Shown in pieces: positions 30,201 to 42,200 of a DNA stretch of 64,000 bases. Position 1 is the first letter of the stretch; each line of letters begins with the position of its first letter. Below the pieces are notes generated by a model. That model ran no database searches, was not told where the DNA came from, and saw only the letters and a list, made by a program, of their open reading frames with translations. The stretch spans positions 3,222,864 to 3,286,863 of the forward strand of contig NW_019091360.1 of assembly GCF_001949145.1 (NCBI RefSeq), given 5' to 3'. Source of the DNA: Acanthaster planci. Lineage: Eukaryota. A program made the position numbers and the translations under genes.

Positions 30201-33200
30201 GACAGGAATTCTCACCAAAATGCCCCACTTGTAAGTCCAGGTCTACACCTTACATGGGATACCCCCCACCCTTTGTAAATGCTGGGTACCCCATCCCTTT
30301 TGTAAAGGCTTATCCACCTCTGGTTTGGGCGCTGGGTGTTTGGTGTCGAGTTTGGAGTTGGATTTTGAAGTTGGGGTTTAAGGTCAGGTTTACAGTATGA
30401 TTTAATTTGGGCGTGAGAGGGGGGTTTACTCCATTTTGGGAAAAGGATAAAGCCTCTTGATGAAGGGTAGCATATTATCCCTTCCAAGGGCAGATCTTGG
30501 GGGATAACAGGGGCAAAGCACACCTATGCCCCAAAAAGGGGGCAACTTTTTTACTGTAAAATCGCCCTCAGAAATGCAATAAAAGGTTACACAAAGAAAT
30601 TCCAAAATCTTTGGCCCCTAAGAAATAGGTTTGGCCTCCCCCCTGAAAAGTTAATTCTAGATCCGCCTTTGGCCCTTTCCCCCGTCCCAGCCCCCTGGCT
30701 TTCTACTATTAATTATGACAATTTTGATAAAGCACTAACATATCCGCCATGAAGGTGATTAAGGCGCTGTTATCATTATCCCTGCACACTGGGCTCAAAA
30801 CATCTGAACATTCCTGAAACCATCGCAGTAGGGCTATGCCGAATATCCGAATATTCCATTGATTATCAAATATTCAAACGTCATTTTTTAATTGAATAGT
30901 CGAATGCAAAATTCATGAAAAGGAAGGGAAGAACTTTCTTTTGTTTTATATGAGACAAATTGCACCATGGAGGCTTGTTTCAAGCAGATTCAAACAAATT
31001 GCGACAGAAATCTTCCCATTCAAAAAGCAATTCGATTATTCATTGACAAATTTTAAAAAGGAATAGAAATTTCAACAGGGCAAGAAGTATTGTTTGTCTC
31101 TGAAATCTTGCTAAATAGTGGCTGGAGATAGTCCTAGACGTGAGGAGCTATTATAGAGAATATAATGTATAACTGTGTGCATTATTGCAACTGATTTGTA
31201 TATGGTTTATTCATCAATAATCTGCCAGTCGGTAAGACCGAATTTTCGGATATTCAATCAAACTAAAGGTCAAATATTCAAATAGTGAATTATTCAAATC
31301 GACTCAGCCCTACATCTCAGCTTTCTGGGGAATATACTAGCTTGATGCTGCCATTTCGGCGCAAATGGCTAACCATAACCACAGCTGTGTTCACAGGTAC
31401 CCATTTACTCCCGAGTGGAAAGGGGCACATAGTGATAAAGTAAGTTGCCCAAGATCTCAACATGCTGCCACCAGCTGGATTCGAACCCCCGACCTTACGA
31501 TCAGAAGGTACAATACCTAACCACTGGGCCACATGCCCCCCAACCATTAGTATTATGATTTCTCTGGTTTGAGTTACTGAGGCACCAGGGAGCAGTGCAT
31601 TCATTACTGGTTCCCCCAGACAACACACAACCAATGGAACAAACTGTACCTGTCCGTTGAGTGATACTGTTGAGGAGAATGAAGGATTGGTTCTGGTATT
31701 GTACGCTGAGCTGAATCAGGTACTCCTTGCCAGGGATGAGACTGCCTACTGTACGTATTGTATCTGTCACTGGAATTGTCTGGAGTGAGAAAGAGGCAGG
31801 GAAGTCCTTACAAGTATATCATGAACAAACTGGATGGCTGTTGAGGAAACTCAGTGTAGCTGTAGGCCAATTTACAGAGTTTCTATTGAGGAGATATTTT
31901 GCGCAAGAAATCGTATGAGACACTTATCATAAATACACTCTGAAAGCAAAAAAGGACTTTTGTTTTCTTTCCTTGGTGAATGAGAATGCAGTGTTTTCTT
32001 TCTTTCAAACACCTCAGCAATGGGCAAATTTATTTCTTTTCTGCATAGACATGAAATTAAAGAAATAGTACAAACCAAAGATTCTACATCAGTAAAAAGA
32101 ATTTCTAGGCTTGGAAATGCCATGATTTGCAAGGCCATGCTGATTTTTTTTCCCGGTGAAAATGAAAAAAGCATGCGATGATGCTTGTGCCTTTATCTTG
32201 GTAAGCCCTGCATTGAAGGGACAATTTTTGGTTCAGAAATTCCGGATGGGGCTGCGGGGACACAACTTTGCATGTATTACTCAACATATGCATTGTAGTC
32301 CCTGCAACTATGAAGCCAGCTTGTGTGCACTCGATAAATTAAATGGACAACACAGAAACAGAACAAAAACCCCACCAAAAAATGTGAACCAATCCAAACC
32401 AACCACATGAAACGGTTTGCAAAATTACACAGGAAATTATGACAAGCACACAACAAATGCCATCACAACGAGGAAAATAACATGCTTTTGGGACTGAAAA
32501 GAAAGGAAAAGCAAACACAGTGACGCAAGCAGTTTCAGCAAACCGAACCAGCAATCTTCAATCAGGGAAAGACATGTAATGGATGGCAAGAATCAGACAG
32601 AAAATATTCCCAAAATATTCCCGAATATAAGTCATAATGCTGCCGTGATTAGGTAACGATGAAACATTCCCATCAAGTGAAAAAATAACGAACACCAGAC
32701 AGTTACAACCTGGACCAAGAGCACATGATGATAAACCGTTGGAAAAACTACCCAAGAATTAAACCTAAAATAAAGGATACACCTCGATTAGAAAAACAGA
32801 CAAAGGCTTTAAACACGAGCGCAAACACCGGTTCAGAGAAAAAACAGTGAGGCTTGAAGCCTTGAAGCATTGTACGGCTGGTTGGAATAGGAACTAGCAA
32901 AAAGAGGTGCTGTAAAGGTTTGAACAAGAACATTAGACCATAACCACATTACAGACAACCTTCCGCTCCAAAATAAAAGATAATCACGCTCACAAATGCA
33001 CGGTGCCCTTTCATTTGTGCCAAACCCGGAAATCGTGATATGCATGCTAGACAAGTGCAGCTAAAGTGAGATTAATCCTCACACAATCAAAAGCAGTGCT
33101 CTTTTCATTCAAAATAAAAGAGCGCGCATGGAAAAAAACATATATCCATACAAACGGATGCATGACATGGAAACTGATTGAAGAAGAAGAAAGTATGCCC

Positions 33201-36200
33201 AAGAATGAGGACTTTCAAGACAGACAGGCAGGACACAAGCAAGTCTGTGTAAAGACAAACTGGCATTTTGGTGGAAAGAAGCTCCAAGTGAGCACAAAGA
33301 AAAGACAATTGGACAGCTTAAACCAAGCTGGAGAATCCAGTTGTTTTATTCGTATTTTTGACATGTCAATCGTGTCGTAAATTAAGTGACATCAATGTTA
33401 CTTTAGGGCATAAAAATTCAAATGTGGAAAATCTGAATCGAGGAAATTTCATCTAAAATGGACCACTCTGCATGAAATTTGTCCATAAAAAGGCAAAATG
33501 CTCAAGAGGGTGAATTCTCACAAGCCACATTGGACCCATCACCATGACAACACCGAAATAATATGTCTTACTATGTTGGCCGGTCCGTTGCCCTGTAAAG
33601 CACAAACAAGTTAAAATATACATGTACACATTTCATGTCACTATGCAATACAGCACAAACTAAACTCTAACCTTTCAGAGAGATTTAATAGCTTACGAAT
33701 GCTTCATTTGTACAAACTTGGGGTAATATCAACTGGTGACATACCAACTGTTGGTAAGGATCATGAAGCTGTCAGTAAATTGGAACAAACGGCGGAAATG
33801 AAGATATCCCAATTTCTACAACTTGATGAAAATGGGATTTTCAATGCACAAGCACGTCCAGTGTTTCCTAAATAAATACTTGAGGTTTGTTGTCATTTTA
33901 TTGATGCGTTAAGCCCAAGATCAGTAAAGAAAAGTGACTTTTGTTTTAAGGTGCAATTTAAAGATTACACATTTATTTTCAGGGCTCGTTTTCTGAACTA
34001 AACAGTTATTAACCTTTCAGAAACACAAGTCACGGCAGCTAGTTCAAGGTATATTTTGTCAAATTTTCAATGACAAACTAGGACAGTGACTTCAAGACAC
34101 CTGGACTATTAACAAGATTAGTGCCGAGGAAAATGAGACGTAAAGCCACTTTGATCCCTTACCATGGGAGCAGAGCTGCCATCGATGGGGCTGACTTCCA
34201 AGACATAGGTCCTGATGCCCCCAGGAGGAGCACCCCACAGCAGCGTGATGGTGGTTGTAGTTATGTCTCGGACGACAATATCCGCTGATGGGATCGGAGC
34301 TGTTGAAGCAAACAGAGACCAAGAAATTTCTCACATGCTAACAGAGAATGGGCACAACTTGGACGAAACCCTGGTAAGCTGTCAAAAATTCGAGAAATTC
34401 ATATATTTCCATTGTTTTCTTTGAAAGCAAAAGTGCTTGCATACAAACTTTTGTTTGCAGAAGTTGCAAAAAATAAATCTGATGCTTAGTTGATGTTCTG
34501 ATAAATTTCAAACGCAGTCTCTTTCAGACTCTCCCAAGTATGAGTTATTACTGAATTATCACTTGATGTCACTGTTTTTACAATAATTCATTATCTACTT
34601 TTTTCTTCATATCTTATTTGTCTTCATTTTTAGGAGAGGATGGGGGCATAAAAGACCTTGACAAAAAACCTTGATGAAATTGGAATCACGGGAGAGATGT
34701 GAACATTACCTGTGATGGCCATGATTGGGCAAGGTGCACCATACTCTCGGCCATCTCCGGCCCCGGTGATAGTCTCCAGGGTGACAGTATATTCAGTGGA
34801 TGGATTGAGACGCTGGAACGGAGGTTGAGATAAAGAACCAAAAAAATCCAAATTGGCGTTCCTTCTCACAAATCTTGCATGCTTGAGTTGATGCACGGGG
34901 TGGTGTGGAAAATTTGGACCACTTGCTGATTAGTTTGTTGAATTTAACTATCAATTAGGGTGTTCTACTTCAGCATGTGATCTATGTAGTTAGGGCGTGA
35001 TGGGTGGAACAGGTTCTCGTGACACAACGAAGTAACTCACATGGTTAGAACATGACGTGGTTGGAACAAGTTCTTGTGCAAAACCTAAGTTGGCTACTTT
35101 GTAAAGAACTGAGTCAAATCTCATCTGTAAATGCAGTCGATTCCCTGTAAAATTTATTCCAAAGTTGTGTCCTCGATCTGCACTTTATTCAGCAGGATCA
35201 CTGGCGCAAGCTCTGCTGATTTGTCAAGTCAGATGATGCAAGCATTTCATGTCATAACTGCCTTGGGGGTTAGTCTTACCTCCAGCCTGTAGGTTCTAAG
35301 AGTTGGTCCCAGTTCCTCGGACATCACCTGAACTCCTGCAGTGGCATAGGACAGACGGAAACCCGAAAACTGGCCGGCGTTGGGCGGAGACCAGAAGACT
35401 GTGATGTGTAGTGGTCCAACCTGAGTGAGAGCTTCGTTGAAGCAGGACCGTTCAGGCACTGTGAGCAATTTGGAACGGGAATCGGAAAAAAAAATTTGTA
35501 TCAATTGGAATTTAGACTCAAAGTCAGATACCAAAATGTCACTCCGAGCATGTTTAATTAATAAGGGATGGAGTGAAAGAGAACTTCATCTATTAAGATG
35601 TATGTGTTACCTCTTGCCATTTGTTTTCTTTGATGAGACTTTTCAAGCTCGGTGTAGAATGCAAGAAATAAAATATATACATCTCTAACTTTTTTCATCC
35701 AAAAAGCTAAAGTTACAACCATTTTACCTGCATGTATACTCAAATAGAAACAAACCACTAAAATGCGTAATGTAAGCAACAAAATCTTAACCAGTGCAGA
35801 AGAATAATTTTTTCAAACTCCTGATTGGCAGAAAACTAAGGAAATCAGTTTCGTGAGTGGTCACTTTTCCTCAACTGCCACATGGGTGACCCAGCTTCAA
35901 ATCTCACCCAGGCCGGCATGTCTCAGTCCCCATCTGATATCACGAGTTTTGCCCGGGACTATCACCCCGGGGTTTTCCTCCAGACTTTTAAAATTAGAGT
36001 TCCTTCATCTTCTTAATCAGATTTCTTCTGATATCTTCCCTACAGTGTTTAGGCACTTTGAGGAACCCAAATGCTTTCATTACCAGAAAAAATAAAATAA
36101 TTTCAACCAAATTTAATCAAACTGGACTGGTCTCTAAAAGAAACTGCTCCAAATTTGTAAATACAAAACGTGGTGATCAGCAATTTCGAAGGTCCTACAA

Positions 36201-39200
36201 CCCTTTTTTTAAACATGTTTTGCACCTTTTGTGTTGTAATACGTACATGTTCTTTGGACAAGCGTATTCTTGGCCAAGTTGTTGTTGTTATTGCCATTGT
36301 TGAAGAGAGGACGTATGTTAATGGTGTATTCTTGGCCTGGTTCCAAGCCGTTAAACCTGTAGTTAGTCAGAGTAGTGCTGGCAGTACTCATTCCACTGGC
36401 TGAAATAAAGAAACAGAAGTTAATTCATGCTAACAACTCAACCGGGACTCAACTCAATGTACATCTAGCGCCTTCTATTGCTGCCAATCTAATGAACGGC
36501 AAGCAAAAAAAGTTTGAACCCACCCAAGCAGTGACCATCTTACATAGTTGGGAATGCACATCCATTTCTGGTGTTGCATGGGTAGTTGTGAAGTCGTTGG
36601 GGTGGAAAGAATTGGTCAGGATTATCTTTAGCTCGGTAATAAATTTGTCACCTGGGCTGATATCCAACAGGTAAGACTCGGCACCGGAGACTGCAGACCA
36701 CACCACCTCGATGTGAGTTGTGCTGAGGGTCAGGACCACTATGTCTAACTGGCCAACAGGAGCTGTGTACGAAAGAAGACATTAGTAAATCTGAACACAA
36801 GCACCCAACAGCTAATCAGAACACCCAAGGAAACTGTCTCGTTCTAAACATCTTTTTTAAATATCAGATTGAAGTGGTTTAAAGTAGCCTTACCCAACAA
36901 TCTCAGAGACTCTGACGTCAAGAAACATTACAAAGTTTATTTTTCTACTTGAAAAACAGTCAGTAATTCCCAAACTGGCCTCCTTACAAAATGTCACACA
37001 GAGGCAAGATTGTTGCTGCCCGTGTTTAATTTGAACAGACAACAGTAATGATAGAATCTGACATCATCTGGAGTTTGCTGTACCTGTTGTGAAGTCGCTG
37101 GCACTGGGAACACTCTCCACACCGCCAGACAGGGTGACCAACTCGAAGAAGTAGCGTGTGCTTGGGTACAGGAACTTGACCTCATAGACGAGACTGGAGC
37201 TGGGCAGTTCCTCCTGGATAAGCTGGCCACTCCGCTCATAAGAGAGCCTGAAACCATCGTAGTTTCCAACCGGAGCAGACCAAATAAGCGTGATGCTAGT
37301 AGGCTTAGGTTGGTTGAACAAGGAGCCCGGTGGGCTGGGCTCTGAATGAGGTCAAATGGACAAGGTGAGTTCATTTTAGAATACCATCATACTGAAATGA
37401 CAATGCAAGACATGTAAGATCACGTGAACTTTGTGTCCAACCGCTGATACTAAGATGACAAAACCTGACACCTGACACTCTAGCTTGAGCCCGTACTGTG
37501 CCTTCAATCAGTGAAAATCCACACACACACTTTGTACTAGGTTTATTACCTGATAAAAATGCTGGCCAAAGAATCACTAAAGACAGGCTCACATTCTCAA
37601 ATGGGAAATCAAACTTAAATGGGCTTCAATCCATGGGCCTGGTAATTCTGTTAACTTTTCCTGTAGATAAATCCAGGACAACATAACTGTGATGGCATCA
37701 TACCCACATGTGCATGATTTTCCTTATGCACTAGGCAAGTCACAACACCATTTCAGCTGAAGAGGCATGTAATGCACACAACGCAGTGCCACGGCATCAA
37801 TGCCTCCTAATTCTAGTCGCAGATTTAGTCCATAATAATTATGGAACTATTAACAATTTGGCTCTTGTAACTTCGGTATGGATTTTGCATGAATCGTGTC
37901 ACAACTAAAACAAAAATACAGACTGCAGTCAACATACTTGTCCTGAAACTGTTTTCAGTTGTACGATCATCGGCTCCAGTGATGACAACTTGAAGGGTGA
38001 CGTTGTACAAAGTACCAGGGATGAGGTTGGTAAACAGCAGCACTGGTTCCTCACCAACAAGCCTCTGAGCAGCCTGCCGAGTTCAGGAAAACAACAACAT
38101 TGTGGGAGCTTGCTTTGAAAAATGGCAGTAAAATGAAGACGACAGACAGTAGACTTCCTTCAAGGTGCAAGGCTATGCACAGGGCGGTCTCTTCAGGCAT
38201 GCAGTAATGCCAGTTGTCCTTCTGTCAGACTTAGGCAGAGACCGTGTAGAAATCTGGAACATTGATTACTTTGCATTCATGAATACCCCAGACAGTCTCC
38301 CTAATCAACAACGTGCAACTGGATCGTGTATTAACATTTGATAATGCCCACTGAGAAGTGATAATGCCCACTGGCACCTGGATATGAGACAGTTTAATCG
38401 ATTCTGATTGGTCAAGAGTCTGTGTGCGTGCGGCTTGCCCCGCACACGCCAAGTCCATATAAGGAGATCCTTTTGGACACATTGCACAAGAAATATACTA
38501 TAAAATGGACGTGAGTGTTCGGAAAAAGGAAAGTAAGATTCTGGAACAAAATTCTTGGGAACTCATCGTATAATGACTTTTTTCGACCCTCTGAGTAGAA
38601 AAGGTATTTACATAGTAAATATGTGCTTGGCCGGTCTCAAACGTTACAGCTCAGGAGACGGAACACTGATAATACCCTCCCCAGTGGCTCGGGCATTAGT
38701 CACGTCCATTCTCCTGAGCCGGTCTTAAACGTGCGTTTAAGACCAACCAAGCACATATTCATTAATAAAACACAGCATTTATGCCAACGTGAATAATCCT
38801 GTTCTACCTCCAAAGTTAAAACAAACTTAAACATCACACTTAACACTAGGTGCACTACACCTGCATACTGGCAATCAAAGGTTGAAGTATTACAATGCGT
38901 GACCCCACCATCCTCAAACCAGGCTGAAGTTGGTATTTGTGATGTTGGACAATTCCTCTCTGTCAGCTTTTTTTACACTTCAAAGTGATCCATATTAAAT
39001 CCATGTCTGCAGAAAGCTTCTTAAGGGTAGCAATAGCTGTCAAATTCCCATGAAAATCAAAACCAGTCTGTGAACAGTGGAAGTTCCACTATTTCAGGGT
39101 TATGAAGTTACCTACTTCAGCCTGGTTTGGGGATGGTGGGTCACATATGTAATAGCGAAGCAACTTCAATACAGATCAATATCCGATAAACAACCCGAAA

Positions 39201-42200
39201 AGTGAAAGAGCAACAACACCTAACCCCAAAGCTTGAGGTATCATTGAGCAAGTTTCATCAGGGGCATAAACTGCTTGACACTGAGGGGATCAAGATGAAT
39301 TAACAGCAGCTGAGGGGTCTTGTTTTTTTTAATTCTTACTAGTAAAAAGAAGAGAAGAGGACCTAAGCAGCTATGAATTCATTGTCGTTCCATGAAGCAT
39401 CAAGCAGCTCTATACCATTGTATTTCATCATGATCCCTCATAGCTGTCCTTGTAAACAAATCTAGCTGAACATTTGCAGGGGAAATTTGTACAAAAAGTC
39501 CAGGTATTTTGTTCCTTACTACATTTAACTGTTTAAGCAATCATCACCATGGAAGAGAAAGCATCTATTCTTGCCAACATTTCAGGGATACCAGACACTT
39601 TCTTGCCCAGAGTAAGTCCAGAGAAGACCCACCATACCTTGGTAAGGCTTGGCATAAACAATTTACATCCTGCTTTTTCCTGCAATTTGAATCCTATTTT
39701 AGTTTCACACAAACTCACCCTGATGTTATTGTCATCTCCAGGATTCAAGATGACGGAGTATCGCTCGGCATTGGGGTCGCTAGTTTCTCCCCACAGGACC
39801 TCCACGGATGTCTCCTCAATGTTACGGAAGGACAACTGTTCCGGAGCTAGGGCAGCTAACAAAGTAAATAAACACTGCCGTCAGTTGCTAGGTTGGGTGG
39901 GTGGGACTTTTGCAATGGGAGTCAGACTTGAAATGAATGACTGAGGACGAGAGTCGTTCACTTACTGGTACTTCCCGTTCCCTGGACTGGCTCACTTTTC
40001 TCTGTGATACCATCGATGCTGGCGACAGCAACAACGTCAATGAGATAGGCAGTGCCCGGGTTGAGGCCACTGACTGTGAAGGGCAGCATTTCACTCGGCA
40101 GGATCCTACCCCGATAGATGCTGGGTGCATCGGCCCTCCTCTTGGAGTAGACCTCATAGTAGGTGATGTTGCTGGATGACGCAGTCCAGCTGACGTCCAG
40201 AGATAGGGTTGTTGGGTTAACCACAATCACACCAGTAACTGGATACGGACCTACAGATGAGAAGACAAACCGTGTCTCAACTTGCTGTGATGACAATGGT
40301 ATGCAGCATCTTCCCAATGTCATGATGCAAGCAAATCCTGTCCCATTTAAACCTAAAATGTCAAACCGGTGCTATTTGTAACTTCCATGGGTTTAAAGAA
40401 GACACTGCTTTTTATTTGATCTTATTTGCTTTGGGCAACTCAAAGATATGACCACATAAACACAAGCACAAAATTGAGCTGATGTCCTTTTTCCGTGATA
40501 AAAGGTTACACCTCAGTATGCTTAAATGCTAGTGTTGTCAGCGTCTGCTTGAAAATCAAATCTAAATGTGGGATGTGTGTCTTGTGATTTAGGTCTTGTG
40601 GTCAGACTACAAAATGGAACGAGGTGAAATGTAATGCTTACTGGTCAAGTGTCTGGTGGATCTCTGTATGTTGGAGCCCACCAGCAAGACACTGACGTCG
40701 TACAGCGTGGCCGACTGTAGGCCGGTCAGTTCCACACGCAGGTCCGGATCAGTTGGGTAGATGGATGCCCGGGCAGCTTCCACGCCATTCTGATCAGTGG
40801 CGGTCACTCGATAGGAGGTGAACGCAGTGGACTGGTCAGCCCGACCAACGGTCAGTGTGATAGAGGTGGGTGTGGAGTCTAGGATGATAATTTCTCCCAC
40901 GGTGGCTTGGACTACAGAACCGAGAAAAATAATTCCAGAAGAATGTAATTACAAAATCCTGCAAGAACTACTTCCATCTGCAGTGGTTAAGGTTATTCTT
41001 GCCATGCATCTGACCAAAAAGAAGCACAGGATGTTCAAAATCTTCTGCTGGAAGCAACTCCTGATCCAAAAGAACCTCTTCACGAGGGAAGCCATTTTTT
41101 ATCATGGTCCCTGAATCTGTTTTTATGAATTTTAAACTGTTGATATAGATGGCACCGGACTATTTCATGATTGTTTTATTCAATGCCTCAATTTGAAATT
41201 TCAAAATCTTGCCTGAAACTAAGGCTTTTTTATCACCAGTCTTAGATTATTTATCAAAGTTGACAGGTAACCATTTTGAATTGAGGTTCATTTTGTCGCT
41301 TTCACCTCTACTCTCAAGTTCCAGAGCCAACAAGTTAATCCCGCTTTCAATTTCTCTGTGGCCGACCCATGAGTAAAGTGTATTTAAAGCTCGCGATGCT
41401 AGAAGCACAATGGACTTCCAGGGACTTATGGTGGTCTTACAGGGGCTTATGGTGGACTTCCAGGGACTTATGGTGGTCATACAAGGGCTTATGATGAACT
41501 TCCAGGGACCTATGATGGACTTATGCATAAACAGCTCTTCATTGTTACAAACAGCCGGAGTCCAAACTATAGCTTCAGTCTCTCTAGTAATGAGCCAGAC
41601 AACCACCAATGATTTGTTGCCCTCATGACCCAAGGTCAACTTCATTTCAATATTCAAACACGTCCACACATGGTTTATATCCTACAATTTATGTGTATTC
41701 AAACTTACACCAATGGGACCACAGGGAAGGAAGACGTGTCAAAGTGCTTGTAATTTAAGAACGGAGGGCATGTGCCCTGTATCAACCACTGACAATTTAA
41801 GAAGCAGGGAAGGTCTTGCCCTTCAGCATTCTGAGGTGGAAAACACCCTGGGAATTAGTCTGAGAAATGTACTGTGTTCCAAATGGAGCAGTTGAAAAGG
41901 GCCAGGAACCATATGAGTTTTTAGGACAATCCCTATCAGGTGCAACTATCTACAGAGAGAAGTTTTCCCACAGAGAGGTTATCCACAGAAATGTCTACCA
42001 ATTGGTAATGGTATCAGGTATTCCAAGGTGAAATAAGTCCACCATAAGTCTCTTGAAGTCCATCATAAGCTCCTGCAAGTCCATCATAAGCCCCTGCATG
42101 CAAGTCCATCAAAAGCCCCTGGAAGTCCATCATAAGCCCCTGTCAGTCCAACATAAGCCCCTGTAAATCCATCACAAGTCATTGAGCTTGAAGCCAAGTC

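Noticed and set aside
31812..31829. 18-nt AG...GTAAG segment
   Set aside because: Would leave only a 32-nt downstream intron, too short to be plausible.
41247..41669. ORFs with repeated ISPWKS/QGLMV peptides
   Set aside because: Translation of the 21-bp tandem arm of the foldback element.
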